From: an uncultured Lentisphaerales bacterium | Lineage (GTDB): Bacteria; Verrucomicrobiota; Kiritimatiellia; RFP12; JAAYLN01 | Assembly: GCA_964599645.1 (NCBI GenBank) | Contig: CAZRGQ010000001.1 | Coordinates: 11,135-75,134, forward strand | Direction of reading: 5' to 3' | DNA length: 64,000 nt | Part shown: positions 25,163 through 33,876 of the stretch, piece after piece | Layout of the letters: each line of letters opens with the position of its first letter | Position numbering within the stretch: the stretch's first letter is position 1 | Notes under the pieces: generated by a model | Seen by the model: the letters and a program-made list of their open reading frames with translations, nothing else | Told to the model about the DNA's origin: nothing | Databases searched by the model: none | Made by a program: the position numbers and the translations under genes

Positions 25163-28053
25163 CCTTGATGCTGTTTATGGGGTGGCGGGTTGTGCAGTAC
25201 CATGCGGGCGTGGCGCGCAAAGTGGCCACGGATATCGTGGCTGTAGAGGCTGAGGCGCTGCGCCGCAAGCCCCTCGTGATCGCCGCAGCGGTAGAGGGCG
25301 CGGGCGAGGTAGAGTTCGCGCAGCGCCTCATTGCGCGTGGTATTGTCGATGGTGCTGGCGGGGATGTTGGCCAGTTCGGCACGCAGCGAGGTCCAGGCGT
25401 GGTTGGAGAGTTCGGGCTGTTGCAACTGCGCTGCCAAGGCGACGGCAAAGTCGTTATCGGGAAAGGTTTCGCAGTAGATGGCCACGGCACGGATATGGGA
25501 GAGGGCCGGATCGCACCCCAGCTCTCCGATCTTCCGCAGGACGGCTGCCTTTGCCTGACCAACGCGCGAGAGAGCCAGCAGGATGATGATGTCGTCGAGC
25601 CGGCTGGCGCTGCGCCCGAACTGATGCATGCCGCAGTAGTTCCAGCCCTCGTCCCAGTCGCTGCTGTTGAGCTTGTCGATCAGGAGCGCAGCGGCTGTGG
25701 TATCGCCGATGATGGCGAGCATCTGGGCGGCACGCAGCTTGAGTTCGGGATCGTTCTCAATCGCAAAGCGTTGACGCAGCAGCAGCCGTGAAGGTTCGGG
25801 ATCGCTCAGCAGGGCGGCCAGTTCGGCATGGATGGCAAGCGAGCCGTTGGCCGCCGAACGCAGGATGGCATGTGGCACGGTGGTGGTGTCGCTGTGCAGC
25901 AGCGTCGTCTGGGGCAGGATGCCGCAGGCGACGAGGCGGCGTTGCAGTTCACGGATGTTGATGCGCCGCACCTCGGAACGGTGGCTGAGCGCCAGCGTGG
26001 CGGCCAGACCGGCGGCGTAGGCCTGGTTTTGCACATCGGCCTGCATGCGCAGCACCGGCATGACGTCGCGTTCTGCGCTGATGCCGAGGCCGGTCACCAG
26101 CAGACCCGCCAGCCCCTTGGGCTGCAGAGCCCGTAGCGGCAGCCAGGCGTCGAGCGGCGTACGGTCGGGCGGGAGTGCATGGAAGATGGGTGTCACAGTG
26201 AATCCATGACTATCAAAATTGCTGCGGCTGAGGCAGATGGCGTCCGACCAGGTATGGCCGCCGTAGACAGCCAGGGTGGTGACGGTGACGTCGCCGACGA
26301 TCTGGCGGCGTTCGCGGGTATCGACGAGCGGCGCGATCTCGAAGTGGTCGCTGAAACGGCGGCGGGCGACAACGAAGGCACGGGTGACATCGTCGAGATC
26401 AGAGTCGTCGATGAAGGTGTAGTCGGTATTGTGGGTGGCGGGTATGAATGGGCGTGAAGGCAGCCCGCTACCTTGAATGGCGAGATCGTAGTCGCTGACG
26501 ACGCGGCACTCGGCGCCTGCTGCCGCAGCGACATCGGCGTTGCCGGTGGCGTCGATAACAAAGCCGGCGCGTACCACACCGCGTCCCCAGGGAGTGTTGA
26601 CGATAACGCCCCCAACGCGATCATTGGCCTTGGTCACGCCCGATACCAGCGCCTGGTACCAGACCGTGCCCCCTGCCGCCAGCAGCTCGCGGCGCAGCCA
26701 CTCGCTCTTGTGGTTGGCGGGCCAGACCCGAGGGTTGAAGCTCTCGTTATCGCCCCACATCTCACGCAGTCCGGCGGTAACTTCGGCGGTAAAGCCTTCG
26801 CGGTTGCCGTAGTAGTAGCAGGTGATGGCGCCGATGGTGCCGACGCCGCCGAGGTCATGTTGTGCTTCGAGCAATAGCACTTTGGCGCCATTGCGGGCGG
26901 CGGCAATGGCCGCCGCAGCGCCGGCAGTACCACCGCCGGCCACCACGACATCGAAGTCGCCTAGTTGCGGCAGTCCGCCCGATTCGAGAAGCAGATGGTT
27001 CTCTGTCGGGCGCGGATGGAGTGGCGGCTCGCAGAGGAGCGGGTCGCGCAGACCGGCCCAGACGGGGTGGCACTCGGCAATCTCGACCGGCTGGCCGGTC
27101 TTGATGGCGGCACCAAGGCGTTCGCCCAACAGCAGCATATTGGCCGGTTGGGTGAGGTGTGCCACATCTTTGCGCACGATGGCCGCTGCAGAACCCAAAA
27201 CAGAGAGTCCTTTGAGTGAGGTATGGAAGGCCTCCAGCGGCAGGGTGGCCGCACTGCACCAGTGATGTAACGGGGTATCGTCCAGATAGTCGGGCGGCAA
27301 CCAGTCGGCCCGTTCACTGTACCAGACAGCCTCCCTGTGCCAGGTACGGCTACGCAACTGCGCTTCAGCCGCTGCCACGGCCGCCGGCGTCAGACCGGTC
27401 AGCGGTTGTGGCAGCATATAACGCCACGCCTTGCGTACGGCCTGCTGTCCATGCTCGGTTACAGCCACCTCGCCCAGCGGTTGGGCCAGCAGCATGGCAT
27501 CATCCTGCCGGAGCTGTGTCAGGTCGTGCTCCGGACCGATCACCACACGCGAAAAGACGATCTCCTCATCGGTTATCCAGGGGGTGAAGGCGACACCGGC
27601 CAGACGGGCGCAGAGGGCCGCCGGGGTGACATCGATCACCTGGCGCGCCGTCACCACAAAGGGGCCGCTGCGGCTGGTAAAGAGGAGTCCGGCCAGCTCG
27701 CCGTTGGCATCGCAGAGGAGGCTGGCCGGCGTGCAGCCGAAGCGGAAGTTGACGTTGGCCTCGATCAGGGCATTGTCGAGCTGCGCCTTGACCCGGGCCG
27801 GCCGCAGAAAGGTGCGGCGGCTGCCATCCTTGCGGGCCAGGATGGTGCGCGCCAGCGCTGTCTCCAGCGGCAGCGAAGCGTCGGGCCAGAGGCGTCCCGT
27901 AGCGCAGATATCTTCACCGGCATAGGGTTCGGCCGCCCCCAGGAAGACCTTGCGGCCGGCGCGGGCGGCAGCCGTGGCAGCCGCCACACCGCCGCTGGCG
28001 CCGCCTACGACAATTAAATCTGCCTGTGCATAAACTGGAACTGAAAGATGCAT
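25159..28053 (-). CDS. large FAD-dependent oxidoreductase with two tandem FAD-binding domains and a C-terminal HEAT-like repeat region
   Basis: Two dinucleotide-binding motifs: ADLIVVGGASGGVAAATAAARAGRKV near the N-terminus, and DVVVAGGGTAGAAAAIAAARNGAKVLLLE mid-protein. 964 aa. Confidence 0.6.
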   Translation of the reverse strand: MHLSVPVYAQADLIVVGGASGGVAAATAAARAGRKVFLGAAEPYAGEDICATGRLWPDASLPLETALARTILARKDGSRRTFLRPARVKAQLDNALIEANVNFRFGCTPASLLCDANGELAGLLFTSRSGPFVVTARQVIDVTPAALCARLAGVAFTPWITDEEIVFSRVVIGPEHDLTQLRQDDAMLLAQPLGEVAVTEHGQQAVRKAWRYMLPQPLTGLTPAAVAAAEAQLRSRTWHREAVWYSERADWLPPDYLDDTPLHHWCSAATLPLEAFHTSLKGLSVLGSAAAIVRKDVAHLTQPANMLLLGERLGAAIKTGQPVEIAECHPVWAGLRDPLLCEPPLHPRPTENHLLLESGGLPQLGDFDVVVAGGGTAGAAAAIAAARNGAKVLLLEAQHDLGGVGTIGAITCYYYGNREGFTAEVTAGLREMWGDNESFNPRVWPANHKSEWLRRELLAAGGTVWYQALVSGVTKANDRVGGVIVNTPWGRGVVRAGFVIDATGNADVAAAAGAECRVVSDYDLAIQGSGLPSRPFIPATHNTDYTFIDDSDLDDVTRAFVVARRRFSDHFEIAPLVDTRERRQIVGDVTVTTLAVYGGHTWSDAICLSRSNFDSHGFTVTPIFHALPPDRTPLDAWLPLRALQPKGLAGLLVTGLGISAERDVMPVLRMQADVQNQAYAAGLAATLALSHRSEVRRINIRELQRRLVACGILPQTTLLHSDTTTVPHAILRSAANGSLAIHAELAALLSDPEPSRLLLRQRFAIENDPELKLRAAQMLAIIGDTTAAALLIDKLNSSDWDEGWNYCGMHQFGRSASRLDDIIILLALSRVGQAKAAVLRKIGELGCDPALSHIRAVAIYCETFPDNDFAVALAAQLQQPELSNHAWTSLRAELANIPASTIDNTTRNEALRELYLARALYRCGDHEGLAAQRLSLYSHDIRGHFARHARMVLHNPPPHKQHQG

Positions 28054-28265
28054 CGTCTCTAACCTCTGGTTGTCGCCTTAGAGTATGCTGCCAGCGGCAG
28101 GTTTTTGCAAGAGCAAGATTGTTGTGCAGAGAGTTCCGAGTGCGATCCACAATAGTGGATACGCACCAGAAATTCAGAAGCCAGACCCCAATATTCGACA
28201 TGAACAAAAAGGACGCTGCCCGCACGGCATGCCTCCTCTGCTCTCTCCCTCCTCATCCGCTAAGC

Positions 28266-28502
28266 TCAGGGCCCTGTTGCAAGTGCCGCACTCAGATAGC
28301 GCCGTCTAAGTTCCTCTATGATAAAGCGGATGTTATTCCAACCATCAACCGCCTCTTCATAAACCTTTTCAACAGTTGCAGCCTCCATCTCAGGCGTTAC
28401 CAGCGGGACAAATGAGTCGAGTTGATCAATAACCGGCTGCAGCATCTCACGATAGAATACAGGTGTAAGGCTGGTTTGCTCCGGCAGCGATATAGCCTTC
28501 AT
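28266..28502 (-). CDS. small hypothetical protein (78 aa, MKAISLPEQ...), or the C-terminal part of a frameshifted larger gene
   Basis: Protein-like composition begins only at the internal ATG (28502); upstream of it the frame is R/W/C-rich noise. Confidence 0.35.
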   Translation of the reverse strand: MKAISLPEQTSLTPVFYREMLQPVIDQLDSFVPLVTPEMEAATVEKVYEEAVDGWNNIRFIIEELRRRYLSAALATGP

Positions 28503-29040
28503 AGCTGCCAGCCCCCAGGAGCCGGGCCTCCACCTCAGCGGCCCGTTCGTCGTAGGCATCCAAACGCAGGTGAATGCCGTTGGGATCGCAGAGCAGTGAA
28601 ATCTCAGTCGGTTTGTAGTCACGACTCTCTGCCCCATCTGTCATGATGCCGGTGCCACGGTCGCCTGTGCCGACGTCTGTCACCAGAAAGTCCATATTGC
28701 CACCGAATTTACGGTCAAAAAGTTGACGTTGCGGTGGATTTGCCAAGCTGCCCCAACTGTGTAATCCGCTGATCTCCTCATTAACGTATGTGACGTGATA
28801 GAGTTTTCTCTCCTCCGCCACGTAGAGGCTGTCGCGCAGTGCGGCCAGCTGATGTACTGCTGCATCCTGCCGTGCCATCAGCGCTGCCGCACCAACCGAG
28901 TTCAAACGCTCAACTCGTATCTTTTCACCTATCTCATGTTTTTTGGCCAGCAACTCCTCTTGCGCCAGCAGGCGCCCGGCCGCCCCCTCACCGCTCTCTC
29001 CCTCTTGCCATTGACGGAACATCACGGCCAGCAACTCCAT
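28447..29040 (-). CDS. hypothetical protein (198 aa from MELLAVMFRQ...); alternatively the middle segment of a frameshifted gene
   Basis: Good coding composition. The track ORF starts on TTG at 29100, overlapping the upstream gene by 32 nt in another frame. Confidence 0.4.
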   Translation of the reverse strand: MELLAVMFRQWQEGESGEGAAGRLLAQEELLAKKHEIGEKIRVERLNSVGAAALMARQDAAVHQLAALRDSLYVAEERKLYHVTYVNEEISGLHSWGSLANPPQRQLFDRKFGGNMDFLVTDVGTGDRGTGIMTDGAESRDYKPTEISLLCDPNGIHLRLDAYDERAAEVEARLLGAGSYEGYIAAGANQPYTCILS

Positions 29041-29068
29041 CTCATAGCGCTCCGCCGCTGCCAACTTC

Positions 29069-30910
29069 TCATAGCTTGCCACCGCTGTATGAGATCTCAA
29101 TTATGGTCGATTCAAGTGCCTTATGTGCCAGACGCTTAAGCAGCGTTGCATAACGGATGTCGTCAATCCCCTCACGGAACCCCTCCCACTGCAGCGTGTC
29201 GAGCACACCATGGCTGATACCATAGAAGAGTGACATGGGACGGTAAGTCAGCCTGTCGTCGTTATACAGGTTGATCGCATGAGCGTAGTTGAAAATTCTG
29301 CTGTAGTTTGCCAGGTAGAGAGCCATTCCGTTCTGACGTCGGTTGAAGGCCGGATTCTCGACACCTGTATGCATCTGCGCATAAGAGCCGAGCGCCACCT
29401 TGCCGATCATGTTCCACTTGGTGGTGAAGACATCATTCTCCGGCGCTTTGGCAACACTATGCCAATCGTAGAGATAGCCTGCTTTGTGAAAGATATTGCC
29501 ACCACCGTAGATATTAAACTTGATCCCCTCCTGCTGATAGGCACGAAAGATGGGACGCGCATCCATTATCCAGCCCGGACCCGGCTCATCACCGTATTGC
29601 AGTACCAGAGTATGTTTCCCGGCCACTTTATCAAACCAACGTGATATCAACTGCGCCCCGCTTCTCAGTTGCAGATGGGTTCCCCCCACCCCCTCTACAC
29701 GTGAGCCACCGAAGATGATATCGCTATCCATGCCGGCTTCACGCATTGCGTCAATAGCGAATTTCGTATTGACATTGCGATTCTCATTCTCAACCCTGAT
29801 CAGATAGATCGTTTGGTTATGCTGTGCCATGTTGCGCAGCATGGCACGCAACTGATCCCGCGCCAACTGCAGATCACCGCCATTTGCCTCCATCAGCATC
29901 TCCAACGATATATAGCTGCCCATTGTTACCAGAAAATCGCGCTCCAGGTCGAAGTTGGTCTTGGGTGTCGGCAATTCAAAGGGAAGAATCCGTATTACAA
30001 CCGGCACCTCCCCCAGCTCCTGCTCCGCGTGCAATAGCTTGACTGCTCCGTGATAGATACCGGGTTCACTCTCAGCCGAGCTCTGGACGGTCAGCATAAA
30101 AGTAGTGAAGCATCCGCTGTTCAAGGTCACCGGCTGTAAGCTGTCAGCATCGCGGAAGGAGGGGTGCATAGCTTTAAAGACGGTTGGGACACGACGGTAG
30201 TCGGCATAAGGGACGTCCATATCGCGTGGTGGGTTGATCCACTCGTAACTGACGTTGCCATCATCTCCGTAGATGCGAGCATAGTTGGCCGTGCTTGCTT
30301 CATCCACTCTGATCAGCTCTTCATCATTCACAAGCAGCTCAGGCACCAGCTTGAAACCGGTATCGCCGAAGTAGCTGTACCAGGCATTCCTGTTCTGATA
30401 CCATATTTTTACCAGCTTCAGATCCAGTTGGTGCGGCTGCAAGCGAGCCCCCGACGCCGCCTTGAAGGGAGTCAGCCTGAACTCCACCTTGCCCAGATCG
30501 CGCAGGGGGTAGATCGTAAAGGCTCCCGGCTCATACTCACCCTGAGCCATCACAATACGCACTGGCGCTGCCACCTCGCCATCCACCGGATAGGCCTCGT
30601 GAAGGCGCTGCATCTCACTCAATGGTGGCACCGCATAGTGTACATGGGAGTCGACTCCCTCCTCACCAACCAGCTCCGCTGCCACCCTCACGGCATTGAT
30701 GGCGAGTTTACGCTGTTCCGGCGCGCTCTTGCCCGCAAACCGCTCCAGATGGCTCCGTAGTGCAGCACTCTTGACCGTTGCCATCAACTCTGGCAACTGC
30801 TTCAGATAGCACTGCTCTTGGTATTCGCTTAACAGCTCCACCTGAGCCACTCCTCGCAAACTGCAAACGACACCAAACCACAGCGCCACCCCAGCTATCC
30901 TGATCCTCAT
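29069..30910 (-). CDS. secreted hypothetical protein, probably a glycoside-hydrolase-like protein (no family assigned)
   Basis: Signal peptide MRIRIAGVALWFGVVCSLRGVAQ. 613 aa with a composition typical of CAZyme-like secreted enzymes. Confidence 0.55.
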   Translation of the reverse strand: MRIRIAGVALWFGVVCSLRGVAQVELLSEYQEQCYLKQLPELMATVKSAALRSHLERFAGKSAPEQRKLAINAVRVAAELVGEEGVDSHVHYAVPPLSEMQRLHEAYPVDGEVAAPVRIVMAQGEYEPGAFTIYPLRDLGKVEFRLTPFKAASGARLQPHQLDLKLVKIWYQNRNAWYSYFGDTGFKLVPELLVNDEELIRVDEASTANYARIYGDDGNVSYEWINPPRDMDVPYADYRRVPTVFKAMHPSFRDADSLQPVTLNSGCFTTFMLTVQSSAESEPGIYHGAVKLLHAEQELGEVPVVIRILPFELPTPKTNFDLERDFLVTMGSYISLEMLMEANGGDLQLARDQLRAMLRNMAQHNQTIYLIRVENENRNVNTKFAIDAMREAGMDSDIIFGGSRVEGVGGTHLQLRSGAQLISRWFDKVAGKHTLVLQYGDEPGPGWIMDARPIFRAYQQEGIKFNIYGGGNIFHKAGYLYDWHSVAKAPENDVFTTKWNMIGKVALGSYAQMHTGVENPAFNRRQNGMALYLANYSRIFNYAHAINLYNDDRLTYRPMSLFYGISHGVLDTLQWEGFREGIDDIRYATLLKRLAHKALESTIIEISYSGGKL

Positions 30911-30960
30911 TTTGATCCTTTCAACTTACAACCGACAGAAAATTTTACACCAGCATTTTG

Positions 30961-31027
30961 AGGCTCTTGCAAAACCCCCTGTACGCTGTGCCTGACGGCT
31001 TGCGTACAGAGGATTTTGCAGGAGCCT
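30961..31027. promoter_or_regulatory. 26-bp imperfect inverted repeat (23/26 match) with a 15-nt spacer in the divergent promoter region
   Basis: Left arm AGGCTCTTGCAAAACCCCCTGTACGC (30961-30986) versus the reverse complement of GCGTACAGAGGATTTTGCAGGAGCCT (31002-31027). Confidence 0.4.
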
Positions 31028-31393
31028 CGCCATAGCGACCGTTTTCCTGGTGACCGTTTTTCTGTCCCTCACCGTTACTCACTCCTTAACAGCCTCCCTT
31101 TTGCAAATTGCTGTTCGCCGCACATTGACTTGCAGAGGCGGATGCAATACGCTTCTCACTACTGTTCAGAGCATGACCTTAATACCCATCAGCGCATCTC
31201 TGTCCCCGGTTTGCGGCGTAGGGACAGAGAACAACCGACATCGTCATTCTCTGTCCCCCCAGCGGCTTCTCTGTCCCTTGCTATCTTGCGGTTCTCTTAT
31301 CGCGCCTCCTATGCCTCCCCCCCCTGTCACTGAGCGATTACGGTGTTATGCTTTGCGCACTCACTCATCTGTGCTATGGTATTTTCAAGTGCC

Positions 31394-31786
31394 ATGAAGG
31401 ATAAAACCATGAATCAACTCTTCGAGTATCGCCCGGTGGCGGTCGTCGGGGCGAGCGCCAAGCCGGAACGCTACAGCAACAAGGCGATCAAGATGCTGCT
31501 GGATGAGGGATACACGGTGGTGCCGGTACACCCCACACTCAAGAGCATCGAGGGGGTAGATGTTGTCGGCTCGCTCGCTGAAACCTCAGGGATCGATACC
31601 GTCACACTCTATCTCAATGCAGCCAGGCAGACAGGATTGGGTGACGAGCTTGTCAAACAAGGGGTGCGGCGGGTAATCTTCAATCCGGGCACCGAAAACG
31701 AAGAGCTAATGGCACATTTACGCCGCCATGACGTCGAGGTTGTCGCGGCATGTACCCTCGTCATGTTGCGCACCGGCCAATTTTAA
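31394..31786 (+). CDS. CoA-binding domain protein (YccU/YneT-like)
   Basis: NQLFEYRPVAVVGASAKPERYSNKAIKMLLDEGYTVVPVHP is the CoA_binding_2 Rossmann signature. Confidence 0.7.
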   Translation: MKDKTMNQLFEYRPVAVVGASAKPERYSNKAIKMLLDEGYTVVPVHPTLKSIEGVDVVGSLAETSGIDTVTLYLNAARQTGLGDELVKQGVRRVIFNPGTENEELMAHLRRHDVEVVAACTLVMLRTGQF

Positions 31787-31866
31787 TTTAACCGTGGCAA
31801 ACATGCCCCTGTATCAGGCAAGCCTGTCAGAAGAAACCGATGCAGGCAAATTGAATGGAGTTTAAC

Positions 31867-33876
31867 ATGATGTTTGTCCGTAGTTTGGCCGATTTGCCCG
31901 ACGCGCTCTTTAGCGGTACGGGGCGCTGGCGTCCTTTTGCGACGGCCAGCGACCGGAGAGCTTGGGAGTCGTTGCCACAGGAGGTGGTCGATAAGGTGGT
32001 GTGTGCCGCACATGAAATTGTGGGGACTCCCTGGGCGACGCTGCCAGCCGGCGATATGATGGCTTTCAGGCGGGATGGTAATCGCAGGCGTTACGAAAAG
32101 GCCTATTTTGAGCGGCGTCGACGTGTGGCAACACTGGTTGTGGCCGAGTGTTGCCGCAACCAGGGCGAGTTTCTCGATGAGCTTATCAATGGACTCTGGC
32201 TGATCTGCGAAGAGAGTTCCTGGGCCGTTCCGGCGCATCTGCCTGATGTGCCGGGGCATGGCGGCTTGCCTGAGCGTGATAAACCGGTGGTCGATCTCTT
32301 CGCCGCCGATACCGCGAGTCTGCTGGCGTGGAGCAACTACCTGCTGGAAGATCAGTTACGCAGCCTCTCGACGGTTGTACCTGAACGCATTTATGCGGAG
32401 TTGGCGCAACGGCTTTTTGATCCGGCCGTTGAGCGCGATGACTATTGGTGGATGGGGTTAGCCACGCCACCCAGGAAATTGAACAACTGGACCCCCTGGA
32501 TTGTCTCCAACTGGCTGGGGGCGCTCCTCTTGAGCGACCGTCACGAGGCCAGGCGTATCGCCGGACTCTACAAGGCGGTGGCCTGCCTCGATCGCTACAT
32601 GCTGCAGATGCCGCTGGATGGTGGTTGTGACGAGGGGCCGAGCTATTGGGGGCGGGCGGGCGCCTCGCTCTTTGATGCGCTGGAGATTCTGCTGAGCGCA
32701 TCGGAAGGCAGATTGAACTTCTACGACAAACCGCAAATCAAGGCATTGGGGAGCTACCTGGCCAAGGTGCATATCGCCGGCCCCTGGTTTGTCAATTTTG
32801 CCGACGGCCCGGCACGTGTTGATGTCTGGGCGCCGGGGGTCTATGGCTACGGTGTGCGTACCGGAGATGAGGCTCTGATGCGACTCGGAGTCGCCTTGCA
32901 GCAGCGTCACTACCCTCCTCTGCCGTGGGCAAAGTATCACGACCTCTTCCGTACACTGCAGAGTCTCTTCACCTTCAGGATTGCACCCACGGCGACGGCG
33001 TCAGCGCCGGCCATCAGAGATGCATGGTTTCCCGAGACTGAGGTGATGACGGCCAGAGAGTCCCAAGGTGAGGACAAAGGGTGGTTTGTGGCGGCCAAGG
33101 GCGGACACAACAATGAGCGCCATAATCACAACGACATCGGCTCTTTCATCGTCTATCGCGACGGCCAACCGCTGCTGGTTGACGCAGGGGTGGGAGTCTA
33201 TACGCGCCAGACTTTCAGCCCTGAACGCTACTCGATCTGGACGATGCGGTCTGATTACCACAACTATCTGCCAGCCTTTGCTGGAGTTGTGCAGTCGCCC
33301 GGTGTAGAGTTCGCCGCCCGCAAGGTGGCTTATACAGCCAACGAAGAGCGCGCAACGCTCTCGCTGGAGCTTGCGGCAGCCTATCCGCCCGAGGCACAAG
33401 TGGCGGAGTGGCAGCGCAAAATCTCGTTAAACCGCAGCCGTGGCGTCGTCGTAAGCGACTCCTATCGACTGAACGGAGAGGTGGGTGAGATCACCTTTTC
33501 ACTGCTGACACCCTCCAGGATTGAGTTGGTGGGAGCAGGGTGCGCGATTCTAAGCGGGCGCCCATTGCCGCAAGGCGCAGAGAGCGGCAGCGGTCGGCTG
33601 GAGTTTGAGATACCGGGAGTCACGCTTGCGGTCGAAGAGGTGGTGACGGAAGACGATGAACGCCTGAGCGCCGTCTGGGGAGCCTCGCTCTACCGGCTGG
33701 TGGTACGGGTGGCAAAACCGGCACGTACAGGGGAGTGGCTGTTGTCGATAAGGCAACCTGCTCACAGCCCCCGGCTACTGCACGGTGGGGCTGACGGTGA
33801 GCGATGGCAGCGCAACGGCTGTCACGACAGCAAACAACCTGCTCTACGTCGTGCCAGCACAGCTCTACGTCTCTGA
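31867..33876 (+). CDS. heparinase II/III-like family protein (polysaccharide-lyase-like), apparently cytoplasmic; C-terminal end uncertain
   Basis: Heparinase II/III-like overall pattern. RBS GGAG sits 6 nt before ATG 31867. No signal peptide. The last ~30 codons before the stop look like read-through. Confidence 0.45.
   Translation: MMFVRSLADLPDALFSGTGRWRPFATASDRRAWESLPQEVVDKVVCAAHEIVGTPWATLPAGDMMAFRRDGNRRRYEKAYFERRRRVATLVVAECCRNQGEFLDELINGLWLICEESSWAVPAHLPDVPGHGGLPERDKPVVDLFAADTASLLAWSNYLLEDQLRSLSTVVPERIYAELAQRLFDPAVERDDYWWMGLATPPRKLNNWTPWIVSNWLGALLLSDRHEARRIAGLYKAVACLDRYMLQMPLDGGCDEGPSYWGRAGASLFDALEILLSASEGRLNFYDKPQIKALGSYLAKVHIAGPWFVNFADGPARVDVWAPGVYGYGVRTGDEALMRLGVALQQRHYPPLPWAKYHDLFRTLQSLFTFRIAPTATASAPAIRDAWFPETEVMTARESQGEDKGWFVAAKGGHNNERHNHNDIGSFIVYRDGQPLLVDAGVGVYTRQTFSPERYSIWTMRSDYHNYLPAFAGVVQSPGVEFAARKVAYTANEERATLSLELAAAYPPEAQVAEWQRKISLNRSRGVVVSDSYRLNGEVGEITFSLLTPSRIELVGAGCAILSGRPLPQGAESGSGRLEFEIPGVTLAVEEVVTEDDERLSAVWGASLYRLVVRVAKPARTGEWLLSIRQPAHSPRLLHGGADGERWQRNGCHDSKQPALRRASTALRL

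Noticed and set aside
31317-31324. C8 tract upstream of the CoA-binding gene and C7 tract at 42854-42860 as phase-variation sites
   Set aside because: Shorter than the usual variable range and intergenic with no clear promoter-spacing role. Noted only as a secondary observation under the 30961-31027 finding.
31855-31866. Heparinase-like ORF starting at the first ATG (31855)
   Set aside because: The GGAG RBS lies inside these codons and is correctly spaced for the ATG at 31867. The downstream start was preferred, but either remains possible.
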